From: Escherichia phage vB_EcoS-640R1
Sequence record: ON470612
DNA: 53,425 nt
Strand: one strand, 5' to 3'
The notes under the pieces were generated by a model. The model saw only the letters and a program-made list of their open reading frames with translations. It was not told the DNA's origin and searched no databases. Position 1 is the stretch's first letter; each line of letters starts with the position of its first letter. Below are positions 1 to 14,446 of this stretch, one piece after another. Made by a program: the position numbers and the translations under genes.

Positions 1-3000
1 TGCTGGCGCAGACGGGCAATATCCAGCAGGGTACGCGCCGGATCTGGCAGCAGGCCGAAGCGATCGATAAGCTCGACTTTGATCTCTTCCAGTTCGTTTT
101 CCGTTTTGGCGCTGGCAATACGTTTGTAGAACGACAGACGCGTGTTCACGTCAGGGATGAAATCATCTGGCAATAGCGACGGCATCCGCAGCTCGACTTC
201 TGTTTGCTGGCTGGTGAGATCTTCCAGCGACGGCTCGCGTCCGGCTTTCAGTGCATCGACGGCGTTTTCCAGCAACTCCATATACAGCGAGAAACCGATG
301 GTTTCCATTGAGCCGCTTTGTTCTTCGCCAAGCAGTTCACCCGCGCCGCGAATCTCCAGATCGTGCGTTGCCAGCGCAAAACCTGCCCCGAGATCTTCCA
401 GCGAGGCAATTGCTTCAAGACGTTTTTGTGCATCGGTAGTCATCGCTTTTGGATGCGGTGTCAGCAACCATGCATATGCCTGATGATGCGAACGTCCGAC
501 GCGACCGCGTAACTGGTGCAGCTGCGCCAGACCGAAGTGATCCGCGCGTTCAATGATAATAGTGTTGGCTGTCGGGATGTCGATCCCGGTTTCGATAATG
601 GTTGTACAAACCAGCACGTTGAAACGTTGATGATGGAAATCATTCATCACCCGTTCCAGTTCGCGCTCGCGCATCTGCCCGTGACCGATGGCGATCCGCG
701 CTTCTGGCACCAGTTCTGCCAGCCGTTCGGCGGCTTTCTGAATGTTTTCCACATCATTGTAGAGATAATAAACCTGTCCTCCGCGCAAAATTTCACGCAG
801 GATCGCCTCCCGGACCACCATGCTGTCATACTCACGGACAAAGGTTTTAACTGCCAGACGACGGGCGGGCGGCGTGGCGATAATCGACAGGTCACGCATT
901 CCGCCCATTGCCATATTCAGCGTACGTGGGATCGGCGTTGCAGTAAGCGTCAGAATATCCACGTTCGCGCGCATCGCTTTAATGCGCTCTTTATGACGCA
1001 CCCCGAAGCGGTGTTCTTCATCGACAATCAGCAGGCCTAAATCTTTAAACTTGACGTCACTTTGCAGCAGTTTGTGCGTACCGATCAGAATATCGATTTT
1101 CCCTTCCGCCACTTCCGCAAGGATTTGCGTCTGCTCTTTGGCGCTGCGGAAACGGGAGATCATTTCGATACGTACCGGCCAGTTGGCGAAACGGTCGCGG
1201 AAGTTGTCGTAATGCTGCTGCGCGAGAAGGGTGGTAGGCACCAGCACCGCCACCTGCTTGTGGTTATCTACTGCCAGGAAAGCTGCGCGCATCGCCACTT
1301 CTGTTTTACCAAAGCCAACATCGCCGCACACCAGACGATCCATTGCCAGCGGCTGACACATGTCGCTAAGTACCGCATTAATGGCCTGCGCCTGATCCGG
1401 CGTGGTTTCAAACGGGAAGCTGTCGCAGAACAACTGATACTGCTCACGATCGTGTTTAAACGCGAAGCCCTCTTTGGCGGCGCGTTGCGCGTAGATATCC
1501 AGCAATTCCGCCGCCACATCACGCACTTTTTCCGCCGCTTTCTGCCGCGCGCGTGACCACGCATCGCCGCCAAGTTTATGCAGCGGGGCGTTTTCTTCCG
1601 CGCCACCTGCGTAACGGCTAATCAGATGCAGTGACGACACCGGAACATACAGTTTGGCGTCGTTGGCATAGGTGAGCATCAGATACTCGCCAGTAATGCC
1701 ACCCGCTTCCAGCGTGGTCATTCCGGCATAACGACCGACGCCGTGCTCCAGATGGACCACCGGCTGACCAATATGCAGTTCCGCAAGGTTACGGATCAGT
1801 GTATCGGGGTTGATGGTGCGGCGAGAATCCTGACGACGACGGGCAACGCGTTCACCGAGCAGATCGCTTTCGCAAATCAGCGCCAGATTACGCACCGTAT
1901 CGACAAAACCATGTTCGGCAGCGCCAATCATCAGATAACGCCCACGGTCGCTGGCTTCATCAAGACGCATAATGCGTTGCGGAGCAATTTTAATTCGTGC
2001 GAGCAGTTCACCCAGCGCTTCACGGCGACCTTCACTTTCTACCGAGAACACCACCGGACCGTCGAAAGTCTCGAGGAACTTACGCAGCGCATCCAGCGGC
2101 GCTTTTTGTTGTGCCTGAACGGCCAGGTCTGGCAGTTTCTGGAAACCTAAATTGGCATTCGCGGCTTTTGTCGGTAAATGTTCAGTTTTTAGCTGCACCC
2201 GGGGCCAGTTTTTCAGCTCTGAGAAGAGCTCGTCCACCCGCAGCCAGAGCGATTGTGGTGGCAACAGCGGGCGCATCGGATCGACGCCGCGATTCTCAAA
2301 ACGCGCCAGCGTGTCAGCCTGGAAACGTTCGGCACTGGTTTCCAGATCGCCAGTATTCACGAGCAAGGTATTGGCAGGGAAATAACTGAACAGCGGCGGC
2401 AGTGGTTCGCTGAAGAACAATGGCTGCCAGTACTCGATCCCGGCAGGTAATGTGCCTTTACTCACTTGCTGGTAAATATGTTCTGGATCGCGCTTCACTT
2501 CGAAGGTATCGCGCCACTGGCTGCGGAACAGTTCAATTGCCGCTTTATCGGTCGGAAATTCGTGCGCGGGCAGCAGATTGATCGCTTCTACTTCCTCCAG
2601 CGTGCGCTGGCTGTCGACGTCAAACACCCGCAGGCTGTCGATTTCATCATCAAAGAAATCAAGACGATAAGGCAGCTCACTCCCCATCGGGAAGAGATCC
2701 AGCAACGCGCCGCGCGTGGCGTATTCGCCGTGCTCCATCACCTGGTCAACATGGCGATAACCGGCGCTGTCCAGTTGGGTTCGTAATGCATCTCGTGACA
2801 GGCGCTGACCTTTTTTCATCACCAGCGCATGACCGTGGAGAAAACTGTGTGGGCAAACGCGCTGCATAAGCGTATTCACCGGAACAATCAGTACGCCACG
2901 CTGCATCGTCGGTAGCTGGTAAAGGGTGGAAAGGCGCGAGGAGATAATGTCCTGATGAGGCGAAAAACTGTCGTAGGGAAGAGTTTCCCAGTCCGCCAGA

Positions 3001-3206
3001 TTCATCACCATTTGATCGGTAAACTGGCTGATTTCATCATGCAAACGCAGAGCATTTTGCATATCTGGTGCAATGAGTACCACCGGACCGGCGTGACGTT
3101 CGGCAATTTCCGCTACCAGCGTTGCACAGGCTGCGCCGGTTAACTCGCCCAGCAGACGCTGCTCACCCGCTTTGACGGGCAGCGTATAACGATATTGTTC
3201 AGGCAT
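1..3206 (-). CDS. mfd: Transcription-repair coupling factor Mfd, 3' end truncated by window start
   Basis: Reverse complement of 3181-3206 encodes MPEQYRYTL, the Mfd N-terminus; minus-strand frame stays open to position 1 (absent from ORF track because no stop in window). Intrinsic terminator hairpin of downstream ycfT at ~3310-3330. Confidence 0.88.
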   Translation of the reverse strand, partial: MPEQYRYTLPVKAGEQRLLGELTGAACATLVAEIAERHAGPVVLIAPDMQNALRLHDEISQFTDQMVMNLADWETLPYDSFSPHQDIISSRLSTLYQLPTMQRGVLIVPVNTLMQRVCPHSFLHGHALVMKKGQRLSRDALRTQLDSAGYRHVDQVMEHGEYATRGALLDLFPMGSELPYRLDFFDDEIDSLRVFDVDSQRTLEEVEAINLLPAHEFPTDKAAIELFRSQWRDTFEVKRDPEHIYQQVSKGTLPAGIEYWQPLFFSEPLPPLFSYFPANTLLVNTGDLETSAERFQADTLARFENRGVDPMRPLLPPQSLWLRVDELFSELKNWPRVQLKTEHLPTKAANANLGFQKLPDLAVQAQQKAPLDALRKFLETFDGPVVFSVESEGRREALGELLARIKIAPQRIMRLDEASDRGRYLMIGAAEHGFVDTVRNLALICESDLLGERVARRRQDSRRTINPDTLIRNLAELHIGQPVVHLEHGVGRYAGMTTLEAGGITGEYLMLTYANDAKLYVPVSSLHLISRYAGGAEENAPLHKLGGDAWSRARQKAAEKVRDVAAELLDIYAQRAAKEGFAFKHDREQYQLFCDSFPFETTPDQAQAINAVLSDMCQPLAMDRLVCGDVGFGKTEVAMRAAFLAVDNHKQVAVLVPTTLLAQQHYDNFRDRFANWPVRIEMISRFRSAKEQTQILAEVAEGKIDILIGTHKLLQSDVKFKDLGLLIVDEEHRFGVRHKERIKAMRANVDILTLTATPIPRTLNMAMGGMRDLSIIATPPARRLAVKTFVREYDSMVVREAILREILRGGQVYYLYNDVENIQKAAERLAELVPEARIAIGHGQMRERELERVMNDFHHQRFNVLVCTTIIETGIDIPTANTIIIERADHFGLAQLHQLRGRVGRSHHQAYAWLLTPHPKAMTTDAQKRLEAIASLEDLGAGFALATHDLEIRGAGELLGEEQSGSMETIGFSLYMELLENAVDALKAGREPSLEDLTSQQTEVELRMPSLLPDDFIPDVNTRLSFYKRIASAKTENELEEIKVELIDRFGLLPDPARTLLDIARLRQ

Positions 3207-3333
3207 AACGGTTGTCAGATTCTCGTTAGGATATGCCTCAACATATGGGGGCATATCTCTGATAAGCAATGCTGTTCATTATCCGTAATCGACATGGTTT
3301 AGCAAATTGAATCGCCCCGGCTGGGGCGATGGC

Positions 3334-4407
3334 TTAGCGGGAGTAACTGACGGCAGCGGGCAGTGAAGGCGGGGAGAACAACAGATCGCTGAATGCACGC
3401 TGTGAAAGTTTTCTTACCAGCAAGCCCGCAACAGTACAGATGAACAAACTGACAAAGGGATAAACCAGCAGGAGTGTCAGTTCGACTTGCGGCGACCAGC
3501 GTGCTGCGTTCATTTGCGCAAGCAGAGTTAAGCTGAATATTTCAACCAGAATGCGATGGGTGGTGTAGATAGCAATGGTGTTGGAGCCAATCACATTCAG
3601 CAGGCTGGTGGAGCGCATACCGAATCGTTGCTCGTATTGATAAAACAGCTTCATGATCACCACAATCGATACCAGCGACAACAGCAGCGAGATAGTAAAC
3701 AACCAGGCACCGACCGCCAGAACGGTAAGCAAAGAAGCCATCAGCAGATGGCGGCGCAACGGCACCTCTTTAACACAGGTCATTATTGTTGCGCCAAACC
3801 ATGCGCCAAGGCTGTAATAAGGCAAATTGCGGATCACACTGTTCATTCCCCACCACGGCGTGGGAACGAAATTAACCGCCACACTCAGCAGTACAAACAA
3901 GGCGAATAGTGGCAGCGCCAGACGGCTAAAAATTTTACATACCACGAAATAGACAATTAACGCATACAGATACCACAAGCTGTTGCTGGCGGTGATCATC
4001 CCGTGCAGGAACTCACCGGTGGAATCGGCATAAGCGGCATTGGAGGCATTGCTTAAATCGCGCTCAGGTGCCAGCCACTGGTTCAGCGCACTTAACGCCA
4101 GCCACTGCACCACGCCCCAAAGCGCCAGCACCCAGAAGATGTTCCAGATCCGTTTATCGAGACAATTTCCCCACGGTACGCTGTCGATATAGCGGCGAAT
4201 CAAATAGCCGGATATAAAGAAAAAAACCGGCATACGAAAGGGGGCAAGGTAAAGATTGAAATAGATCCAGCATTTGCTCAGGACTTCCGATAACGGATGC
4301 TGAAAAGTGGTCAGATGCGGATAAAAGGTAATGACCGAGTGATAAATCACCACCAGACAAATACATAACCCTTTGATCTGGTTAATCCATAGCTCTTTTT
4401 GTTTCAT
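3334..4407 (-). CDS. ycfT: Inner membrane protein YcfT (acyltransferase-3 family)
   Basis: 357-aa ORF, MKQKELWINQIKG..., multi-TM hydrophobic profile; conserved position between mfd and lolC. Confidence 0.85.
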   Translation of the reverse strand: MKQKELWINQIKGLCICLVVIYHSVITFYPHLTTFQHPLSEVLSKCWIYFNLYLAPFRMPVFFFISGYLIRRYIDSVPWGNCLDKRIWNIFWVLALWGVVQWLALSALNQWLAPERDLSNASNAAYADSTGEFLHGMITASNSLWYLYALIVYFVVCKIFSRLALPLFALFVLLSVAVNFVPTPWWGMNSVIRNLPYYSLGAWFGATIMTCVKEVPLRRHLLMASLLTVLAVGAWLFTISLLLSLVSIVVIMKLFYQYEQRFGMRSTSLLNVIGSNTIAIYTTHRILVEIFSLTLLAQMNAARWSPQVELTLLLVYPFVSLFICTVAGLLVRKLSQRAFSDLLFSPPSLPAAVSYSR

Positions 4408-4557
4408 CAGGACAACACGCTCTTTTTTAATTTACATGCGGTTGATCCTGCGGGTTATGACCCGAGGTGTAATGGGTATCTGTCTGTATTGGATGATTTT
4501 TCAGATTAAGATCAGGCGGCAAGATTGATGATAAAACATGGCAATTTAGCCGATTGA

Positions 4558-7806
<3,249 letters not shown>

Positions 7807-7834
7807 AGGCAGTACATTAAAACAAGGAGCGGCA

Positions 7835-8746
7835 ATGTATTACGGGTTTGATATTGGTGGAACAAAAATTGCGCTTGGCGTGTTTGATAGCGGTCGGCAG
7901 TTGCAGTGGGAAAAGCGGGTGCCGACACCGCGTGACAGCTATGACGCATTTTTAGATGCAGTGTGTGAGCTGGTAGCTGAAGCTGACCAACGTTTTGGCT
8001 GTAAAGGTTCTGTCGGCATCGGTATTCCGGGAATGCCGGAAACAGAAGATGGTACGCTGTATGCCGCCAATGTCCCCGCTGCCAGCGGTAAACCGCTGCG
8101 TGCCGACCTGAGCGCACGTCTTGATCGCGATGTACGCCTTGATAACGATGCCAACTGTTTTGCCCTTTCAGAAGCCTGGGATGATGAATTTACTCAATAT
8201 CCACTGGTGATGGGGTTGATTCTCGGCACCGGTGTTGGCGGCGGGCTGATTTTCAACGGCAAACCGATTACCGGTAAAAGCTACATTACCGGCGAGTTTG
8301 GCCATATGCGTCTGCCGGTTGATGCGTTAACCATGATGGGGTTGGATTTCCCGTTACGCCGCTGCGGCTGTGGTCAGCATGGCTGCATTGAAAATTATCT
8401 GTCTGGTCGCGGTTTTGCGTGGCTGTATCAACACTATTATCATCAACCGTTGCAGGCTCCCGAAATTATTGCGCTTTATGATCAAGGCGATGAGCAGGCA
8501 AGGGCGCACGTTGAGCGTTATCTGGATTTATTAGCGGTTTGTCTGGGAAATATCCTGACCATCGTTGACCCTGACCTGGTCGTCATTGGTGGTGGCTTAT
8601 CGAATTTCCCGGCAATCACAACGCAACTGGCGGACAGGCTGCCTCGTCATCTCTTACCTGTAGCTCGTGTTCCGCGCATTGAACGCGCGCGCCACGGTGA
8701 TGCGGGAGGAATGCGTGGTGCGGCCTTCCTACATCTAACCGATTAA
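7835..8746 (+). CDS. nagK: N-acetyl-D-glucosamine kinase (ROK family)
   Basis: Internal start [16 protein letters not shown] of track ORF 7775..8746; ROK motifs and Cys-rich zinc site (CGCGQHGC); 303 aa. Confidence 0.88.
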
Positions 8747-8761
8747 ACAACAGAGGTTGCT

Positions 8762-9601
8762 ATGCTGTCGCGTCGGGGTCATCGGTTAAGTCGTTTTCGT
8801 AAAAATAAACGCCGCCTGCGCGAGCGTTTGCGTCAGCGTATTTTTTTCAGAGATAAAGTGGTGCCGGAAGCAATGGAAAAACCAAGAGTACTCGTACTGA
8901 CAGGGGCAGGAATTTCTGCGGAATCAGGTATTCGTACCTTTCGCGCCGCAGATGGCCTGTGGGAAGAACATCGGGTTGAAGATGTGGCAACGCCGGAAGG
9001 TTTCGATCGCGATCCTGAACTGGTGCAAGCGTTTTATAACGCCCGTCGTCGACAGCTGCAGCAGCCAGAAATTCAGCCTAACGCCGCGCATCTTGCGCTG
9101 GCTAAACTGCAAGACGCCCTCGGCGATCGCTTTTTGCTGGTGACGCAGAATATCGACAACCTGCATGAACGCGCAGGTAATACCAATGTGATTCATATGC
9201 ATGGGGAACTGCTGAAAGTGCGTTGTTCACAAAGTGGTCAGGTTCTCGACTGGACAGGAGACGTTACCCCAGAAGATAAATGCCATTGTTGCCAGTTTCC
9301 GGCACCCTTGCGCCCGCACGTAGTGTGGTTTGGCGAAATGCCACTCGGCATGGATGCAATTTATATGGCGTTGTCGATGGCCGATATTTTCATTGCCATT
9401 GGCACATCCGGGCATGTTTATCCGGCGGCTGGGTTTGTTCACGAAGCGAAACTGCATGGCGCGCACACCGTGGAACTGAATCTTGAACCGAGTCAGGTTG
9501 GTAATGAATTTGCCGAGAAATATTACGGCCCGGCAAGCCAGGTGGTGCCTGAGTTTGTTGAAAAGTTGCTGAAGGGATTAAAAGCGGGAAGCATTGCCTG
9601 A
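8762..9601 (+). CDS. cobB: NAD-dependent protein deacylase (sirtuin) CobB
   Basis: 279-aa ORF with sirtuin motifs [14 protein letters not shown] and zinc-binding Cys pairs; long isoform with basic N-terminal extension. Confidence 0.88.
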   Translation: MLSRRGHRLSRFRKNKRRLRERLRQRIFFRDKVVPEAMEKPRVLVLTGAGISAESGIRTFRAADGLWEEHRVEDVATPEGFDRDPELVQAFYNARRRQLQQPEIQPNAAHLALAKLQDALGDRFLLVTQNIDNLHERAGNTNVIHMHGELLKVRCSQSGQVLDWTGDVTPEDKCHCCQFPAPLRPHVVWFGEMPLGMDAIYMALSMADIFIAIGTSGHVYPAAGFVHEAKLHGAHTVELNLEPSQVGNEFAEKYYGPASQVVPEFVEKLLKGLKAGSIA

Positions 9602-9605
9602 TGCA

Positions 9606-9693
9606 CTACGCTTATCAGGCCTGCAAGGGGACGCAATTAATTGAATTTGCGGGTTTTGTGGGCCGGATAAGGCGTTCGCGCCCCATCCGGCAT
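9606..9693. repeat. REP (repetitive extragenic palindromic) elements in cobB-ycfZ intergenic region
   Basis: GCCGGATAAGGCGTTCGCGCCCCATCCGGC-type palindromic unit plus a partial second unit (CTTATCAGGCCTGCAAGGGG). Confidence 0.6.
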
Positions 9694-9720
9694 AATACAC
9701 GCGCACTTTTCCGGCCTCTT

Positions 9721-10509
9721 TTATCGTTTACTCGTCAATAACAATGCGGCAATAAACGTACAGACACCAATTAGCCCTGCCCAGAGTGGCGATATTCTGG
9801 TAATCGCAAAGCTATTATCGATATACAAACATAAAGCCTGATAACCCATATTGGCAATAGTCATCGCCACTGCAAATTTTAACGCATAAATAAAACGAGT
9901 CGTGTAGTAAAAGATCCTGGAAAATAAGATAAACGTCGCAGCCCAGGCGATAAAACCTAATGTGTTGGTGCTGCCGGGGGGAGCATTTTCATGCTGTTGT
10001 CCTGGATGCGGATAATACGTTAGTGGCGGCGTCGATTGTTTTAATATCTGTGCTTGTAGAACAGCCAATGCATTATTGATTCCCTGATACCAGAGATCTG
10101 CATTTAAATAAGCCAGCGTGTGATTTTCTATCAGAAGGCCGAGATGTTTATCGTCCAGACCACTTTCAACCTGGCCGTTGGTGATCATAATTAACCGTGG
10201 TTCGCGGGTAGTAAATAGTAACAGAACACTTCCTTTTACATCACTCAATGAAGATGACGCATGCGCCAGCATCGCTTTACCATTTTGTCTGAGACTGGCT
10301 TCATTATTAATGTCGGGTAAAACCACAATAAACGGTGCAATTCCCGTTTGTTGGCGAAAAAGCTCGGCTTTATGCGCGATCTCTTCAGCATCTGGTACAG
10401 TACCGGTAACGTCCGTAAAAAGTGTCTTCATTATTGGAATTAATGGCTTGCTGGCTGCTGTCAGAGGCAGGAGTATCAGTAAACTGAGCAGTATAATGAA
10501 TTTTTTCAT
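9721..10509 (-). CDS. ycfZ: Inner membrane protein YcfZ
   Basis: 262-aa ORF with N-terminal signal/TM ([20 protein letters not shown]) and C-terminal TM helices; conserved neighbourhood. Confidence 0.8.
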
Positions 10510-10976
10510 GGGCGGGACTTCCGTTTCCTGCGTGATTTTTTAGAGGAGGGCATACTTATTAATAAACCGACGGCGATAAAAATAACGCCCATAATGCCGA
10601 TAAACCCCCATTTAAAAAAATTAACCCACGGGTTATTTATCTCAGCCTTTTCAGGATGCCCGGGAGAATAATAAACATTAACTTTATCGCCTTCGCTGTC
10701 TTCATAAAAATCGCTGCCGATACTCGAATTGAAAATTAGCGTGTAATCTGGCGTCGGTCGAAAGGCAACGACGGGATACCACGAACCATCTTTACCCGTG
10801 CGATGAGAATGACTGGAGTGCCAGACGGTATCAACAATGACGCCTTCGGTATGAATCGCGTCTTTGCTATAGGTGAACTGGTTATAAAAGACAACAACAG
10901 AAATGAGGATCAGTACCAGACCGATACCGAGGAATATACGAAAGAAAACTTTACTGTCCTGACTCATTAGCCACAT
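10506..10976 (-). CDS. ymfA: Inner membrane protein YmfA
   Basis: 156-aa ORF, two TM helices, overlaps ycfZ start by 4 nt; true start may be Met 4 (MSQDSK). Confidence 0.75.
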
Positions 10977-10988
10977 CCTTGCTAACTA

Positions 10989-11011
10989 AAAAACGGGCGG
11001 TAATACCACCG
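10989..11011. terminator. Hairpin (possible bidirectional terminator) between potD and ymfA
   Basis: GGGCGGTAATACCACCGCCC inverted repeat flanked by A/T runs. Confidence 0.5.
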
Positions 11012-11024
11012 CCCGCTTGCTGAA

Positions 11025-12071
11025 TTAACGTCCTGCTTTCAGCTTCTGATAATACTCTTCATAAATGCTGCTGGCTGCGCCAACGTCATTCTGCCATTCG
11101 CCATTTTTAATGGTTTCAGCATCCGGGTAGAGTGTTTTATCGTTCGCCACTTCTGGACTTAACAGCTTACGCGCCGCAAGGTTTGGCGTTGGATAACCGA
11201 TAGTTTCAGCAACCTGTTTTGCCACATCCGGGCGCAGCAGGAAGTTGATCAATTTCAGCGCGCCTTCTTTGTTTTTGGCATTTGCCGGGATCGCCAGGCT
11301 GTCCATCCAGAAAATGCCGCCTTCTTTCGGCCACACCACGTCAATTGGCGTACCCGCCTGGCGTGCAACGAAAGCAGAACCGTTCCAGATCATGCCGAGG
11401 TTAACTTCGCCTTCCATGTACGGGTTCGCCGGGTTATCGGAGTTAAAGGCTGCCACGTTTGGCATCAGTTTTTTCAGCTCGTTATATGCAGCTTCAATCT
11501 CTTTCGGATCGGTGGTGTTACCGGAGTAGCCCAGCTTACGCAGCGCCATCTGGAACACTTCACGGGCATCGTCGGTCAACAGCAGGCTGCCTTTGTACTC
11601 TGGCTTCCACAGATCGGCCCAGCTGGTGACAGATTTCGGATCCACCGCATCACCGTTAACACCAATCGCCGTCGCACCCCAGATATACGGAATGGAGTAG
11701 TCGTTATTCGGGTCAAAAGGCTTGTTGAGCATGTCTGGATCGAGATTGCTGAAGTTTGTTAACTTCGACTTGTCGATCTTCTGGATCATCCCTTCTTTAC
11801 GCATTTTATCAACGTAATAGGTTGAAGGAACCACCAGATCATAGGCACCGTCTTTGTATGTTTTCAGCTTGGCGTACATGGTTTCGTTCGACTCGTAAGT
11901 CGAATAGATAACCTTAATACCGGTTTCTTTGGTGAACTGTTCAAGCAGTCCTGGCGGCACGTACTCGGTCCAGTTGTAGAAATACAGCGTGTTGTTGTCA
12001 TCGGCGTGAGCGGCGCTCATGCCCAGTGCCAGAGCACCCGCCGCGAGCAGGTGGCGTGACCATTTTTTCAT
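11025..12071 (-). CDS. potD: Spermidine/putrescine ABC transporter periplasmic binding protein PotD
   Basis: 348-aa ORF with signal peptide MKKWSRHLLAAGALALGMSAAHA and PotD-like sequence throughout. Confidence 0.92.
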   Translation of the reverse strand: MKKWSRHLLAAGALALGMSAAHADDNNTLYFYNWTEYVPPGLLEQFTKETGIKVIYSTYESNETMYAKLKTYKDGAYDLVVPSTYYVDKMRKEGMIQKIDKSKLTNFSNLDPDMLNKPFDPNNDYSIPYIWGATAIGVNGDAVDPKSVTSWADLWKPEYKGSLLLTDDAREVFQMALRKLGYSGNTTDPKEIEAAYNELKKLMPNVAAFNSDNPANPYMEGEVNLGMIWNGSAFVARQAGTPIDVVWPKEGGIFWMDSLAIPANAKNKEGALKLINFLLRPDVAKQVAETIGYPTPNLAARKLLSPEVANDKTLYPDAETIKNGEWQNDVGAASSIYEEYYQKLKAGR

Positions 12072-12862
12072 TTAACGTCCCCTGTGTTACCTTTCGTTTT
12101 ATCACGAGCAATAAGCTGGCTGGCAATAACCATCACCAGCGACAGCACCAGTAATATGGTTGCCAGCGCGTTAACTTCCGGCGATACGCCGACTTTGACC
12201 ATCGAATAAATTTTTAACGGCAGAATTTCATAACTTGGTCCGGTGACGAACGAAGAAACTACCACATCGTCCATCGACAGGGTAAAGCTTAACACCCAGC
12301 CCGCCGCCACCGCTGGAATTGCCAGTGGCAGAATGATTTTTCGCAGAATGGTAAATTCGCTGGCACCGAGATCTTTCGCCGCTTCCAGCATTCGCACGTC
12401 AAAACCTTTCAGGCGCGAATACACCGTCACCACCACAAATGGCAGGCAGAAGGTGATATGCGAGAACAGCAGCGACCAGAAGCCAAGCTGAATACCCAGC
12501 AGCATAAACAGCACCAGCAGCGAAATCGCCATCACGATATCTGGTGACATCATCACCACAAACAGCATTCCGCTAACGAACGGCTTACCACGAAAGCGAT
12601 AACGGTACAGCGCAACTGCCGTCAGTGAACCGATAAGCGTAGCAAACGTCGCCGAAAACACCGCCATTGTTAGTGAATGCTGCGCTGCCTGTAACAGGCT
12701 GTCGTTGTTCATCAGCAGGCTATACCATTTGGTGGTAAAACCCTGCCAGTTGATGCCAAAGCGCGAGCTGTTAAAGGAGTTCACAATCAAAATAATGATT
12801 GGGATATACAGGTACGCGTAGATAGCGGTCATAAAACCGCCGCGAAGCAGTCGACCGATCAT
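12068..12862 (-). CDS. potC: Spermidine/putrescine ABC transporter permease PotC
   Basis: 264-aa ORF MIGRLLRGGFMTAIYAYLYIPIIILIV...; ABC permease signature; start overlaps the stop of the reading frame that carries the potB 3' end. Confidence 0.92.
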   Translation of the reverse strand: MIGRLLRGGFMTAIYAYLYIPIIILIVNSFNSSRFGINWQGFTTKWYSLLMNNDSLLQAAQHSLTMAVFSATFATLIGSLTAVALYRYRFRGKPFVSGMLFVVMMSPDIVMAISLLVLFMLLGIQLGFWSLLFSHITFCLPFVVVTVYSRLKGFDVRMLEAAKDLGASEFTILRKIILPLAIPAVAAGWVLSFTLSMDDVVVSSFVTGPSYEILPLKIYSMVKVGVSPEVNALATILLVLSLVMVIASQLIARDKTKGNTGDVK

Positions 12863-13028
12863 TCGAGTTCCACCTTCTTATTCATAAGGCGGGACACTTT
12901 CAGGATTTTGAATTTATTCAATTTTTTCCTTTCTCCAAAATCTCTCCAAAACGTTTCCCCAAAACTAGGCCACGCATTTTACAACACTTTTTTCCTGAGA
13001 TGGTGACGGATATTCCATATGGTGTTTG
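12859..13028. other. Prophage left junction (attL): last codons of potB fused to phage DNA
   Basis: Minus-strand frame ending in TGA overlapping the potC ATG reads ...SRLMNKKVELE*, matching the PotB C-terminus as recalled from memory, but has an in-frame stop 39 codons upstream and no PotB-like sequence beyond about 12895; the integrase gene is immediately adjacent. Confidence 0.5.
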
Positions 13029-14147
13029 TCAAATAACCAACTTAACCCATTCCTGACCTCGAGTATCGTTATAGCGATCGGTGGTTGCCTGGACTTTATG
13101 TCCTAGTAATGTTTTTGTATCGATACCCTGTGCACGGTACAGCCGTTCTGATAGAGAGCGTTGTTCATGAAATGTTGGCGGAGTTTTTCCTGCTGGTGGA
13201 ATTATCCCAGCCAGATCCCGTGCTTTGGCAAAGTAGTCGCTCAGGTTGTCTTTACTCATCGGCTTCGGTTGTTTCTGGTGCCGACTATGGATTAGATATG
13301 GACTTAATATTCTGTCTCGGCACCCATCAATAACTTCTTTTAACGTTATCCCAATGGCATCACAGCGTAGTGTAAGCGGTAACGCCAGACGCATTCCGGT
13401 TTTTCCCTGGGTGATATGCAAGTGTTCGTTCCACACATCTGAAAAACGCATGTGGCAAATGTCATCACGGCGCTGACCAGTAACAATCGCAAGAAGCATT
13501 GCGTTACGGATAAAGTGTTTTTCAGGCGTTGCATTGTAAATTTTTTGCCAGTCTTCCATGGTGAGCCTGGCTCTGGTTACTTTAGGGATCGGTTTACGGG
13601 TAGCCTCCGGAGGATTCCATCCAGGAGGAACTTCCCCTGCATGCTGTGCTTCTTTATAAATATCAACCCATAATCCACGATTTACTCTCGCTGTGCTGAC
13701 CATGTCTTTATCCAGCCACTCATCCAGTATTAATGCAAAGTCTCTTACTTCCAGTTCTTTCAATGGGTGGTTTCCCAGACGGGAAACCAGGTATGCAGCC
13801 ATTCGAGTTTTTTCTTTGTGAGTTGTAGCTGCAATATCTCCATTTTTCAGTCGCGTGTCCTGTATTTTCAGATATCGATCAACCCATGCCTTTAATCTGA
13901 TACCCCGACGTTTTGTTGCTGACAGACTTTCATCAATTTTGCGCATGAAATATTCAGCTTCTGCTGCAGCTATTCGCTGATTGGCTGTGGAAGCGATTTT
14001 TTCTGCCTTACCTTTGTCTGTTCCGAGTCCGTGAAATTTTCCAGTCACAGGATTTTTATACTGGTAGTAAACTCTGCCAGTTCTGCGATCAAACTTTTCG
14101 TAAAGACCGGCTACGTCAGTGCTGTTTTTTCGTGGCCTCGGTGACAT
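13029..14147 (-). CDS. int: Phage integrase (tyrosine recombinase)
   Basis: 372-aa ORF at the prophage edge next to xis; lambda-Int-like architecture. Confidence 0.85.
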   Translation of the reverse strand: MSPRPRKNSTDVAGLYEKFDRRTGRVYYQYKNPVTGKFHGLGTDKGKAEKIASTANQRIAAAEAEYFMRKIDESLSATKRRGIRLKAWVDRYLKIQDTRLKNGDIAATTHKEKTRMAAYLVSRLGNHPLKELEVRDFALILDEWLDKDMVSTARVNRGLWVDIYKEAQHAGEVPPGWNPPEATRKPIPKVTRARLTMEDWQKIYNATPEKHFIRNAMLLAIVTGQRRDDICHMRFSDVWNEHLHITQGKTGMRLALPLTLRCDAIGITLKEVIDGCRDRILSPYLIHSRHQKQPKPMSKDNLSDYFAKARDLAGIIPPAGKTPPTFHEQRSLSERLYRAQGIDTKTLLGHKVQATTDRYNDTRGQEWVKLVI

Positions 14148-14385
14148 GAGTTAAAATCTCCTTCAGTGCATCATCATCGCCAGTATGAATTTCCGGCGCA
14201 ATTCCCGTTTCACCAGGCCCAACAAATACTGCTCGGCGATCTATCAGCCAACGCCCACGAATTTTTTGTGGCCTTGGAACGATGTATCCTAGTTTTCCGT
14301 ATTTCACCAGGGTAGTGTTTGTTATTGGGAGACTGAACCGTTTTGGTTTCCACTCGTCGAGCGTTATCAGGTACTGTTCGCTCAT
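14116..14385 (-). CDS. xis: Excisionase-like protein
   Basis: Small ORF overlapping int start; start set at ATG (MSEQYLITLDEWKPK...) with GGAG upstream; track ORF begins at an upstream GTG (14394). Confidence 0.6.
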   Translation of the reverse strand: MSEQYLITLDEWKPKRFSLPITNTTLVKYGKLGYIVPRPQKIRGRWLIDRRAVFVGPGETGIAPEIHTGDDDALKEILTHVTEATKKQH

Positions 14386-14446
14386 GGCTATCACTCCGGA
14401 ACGCGCCAGTTGCAGAATATCAACGACAACTGGCGACGGTTGAACA

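Noticed and set aside
142-3143. Many plus-strand track ORFs (113-174 aa) across 142-3143
   Set aside because: All lie antisense to the clearly recognisable mfd coding sequence on the minus strand; they are GC-rich antisense artefacts.
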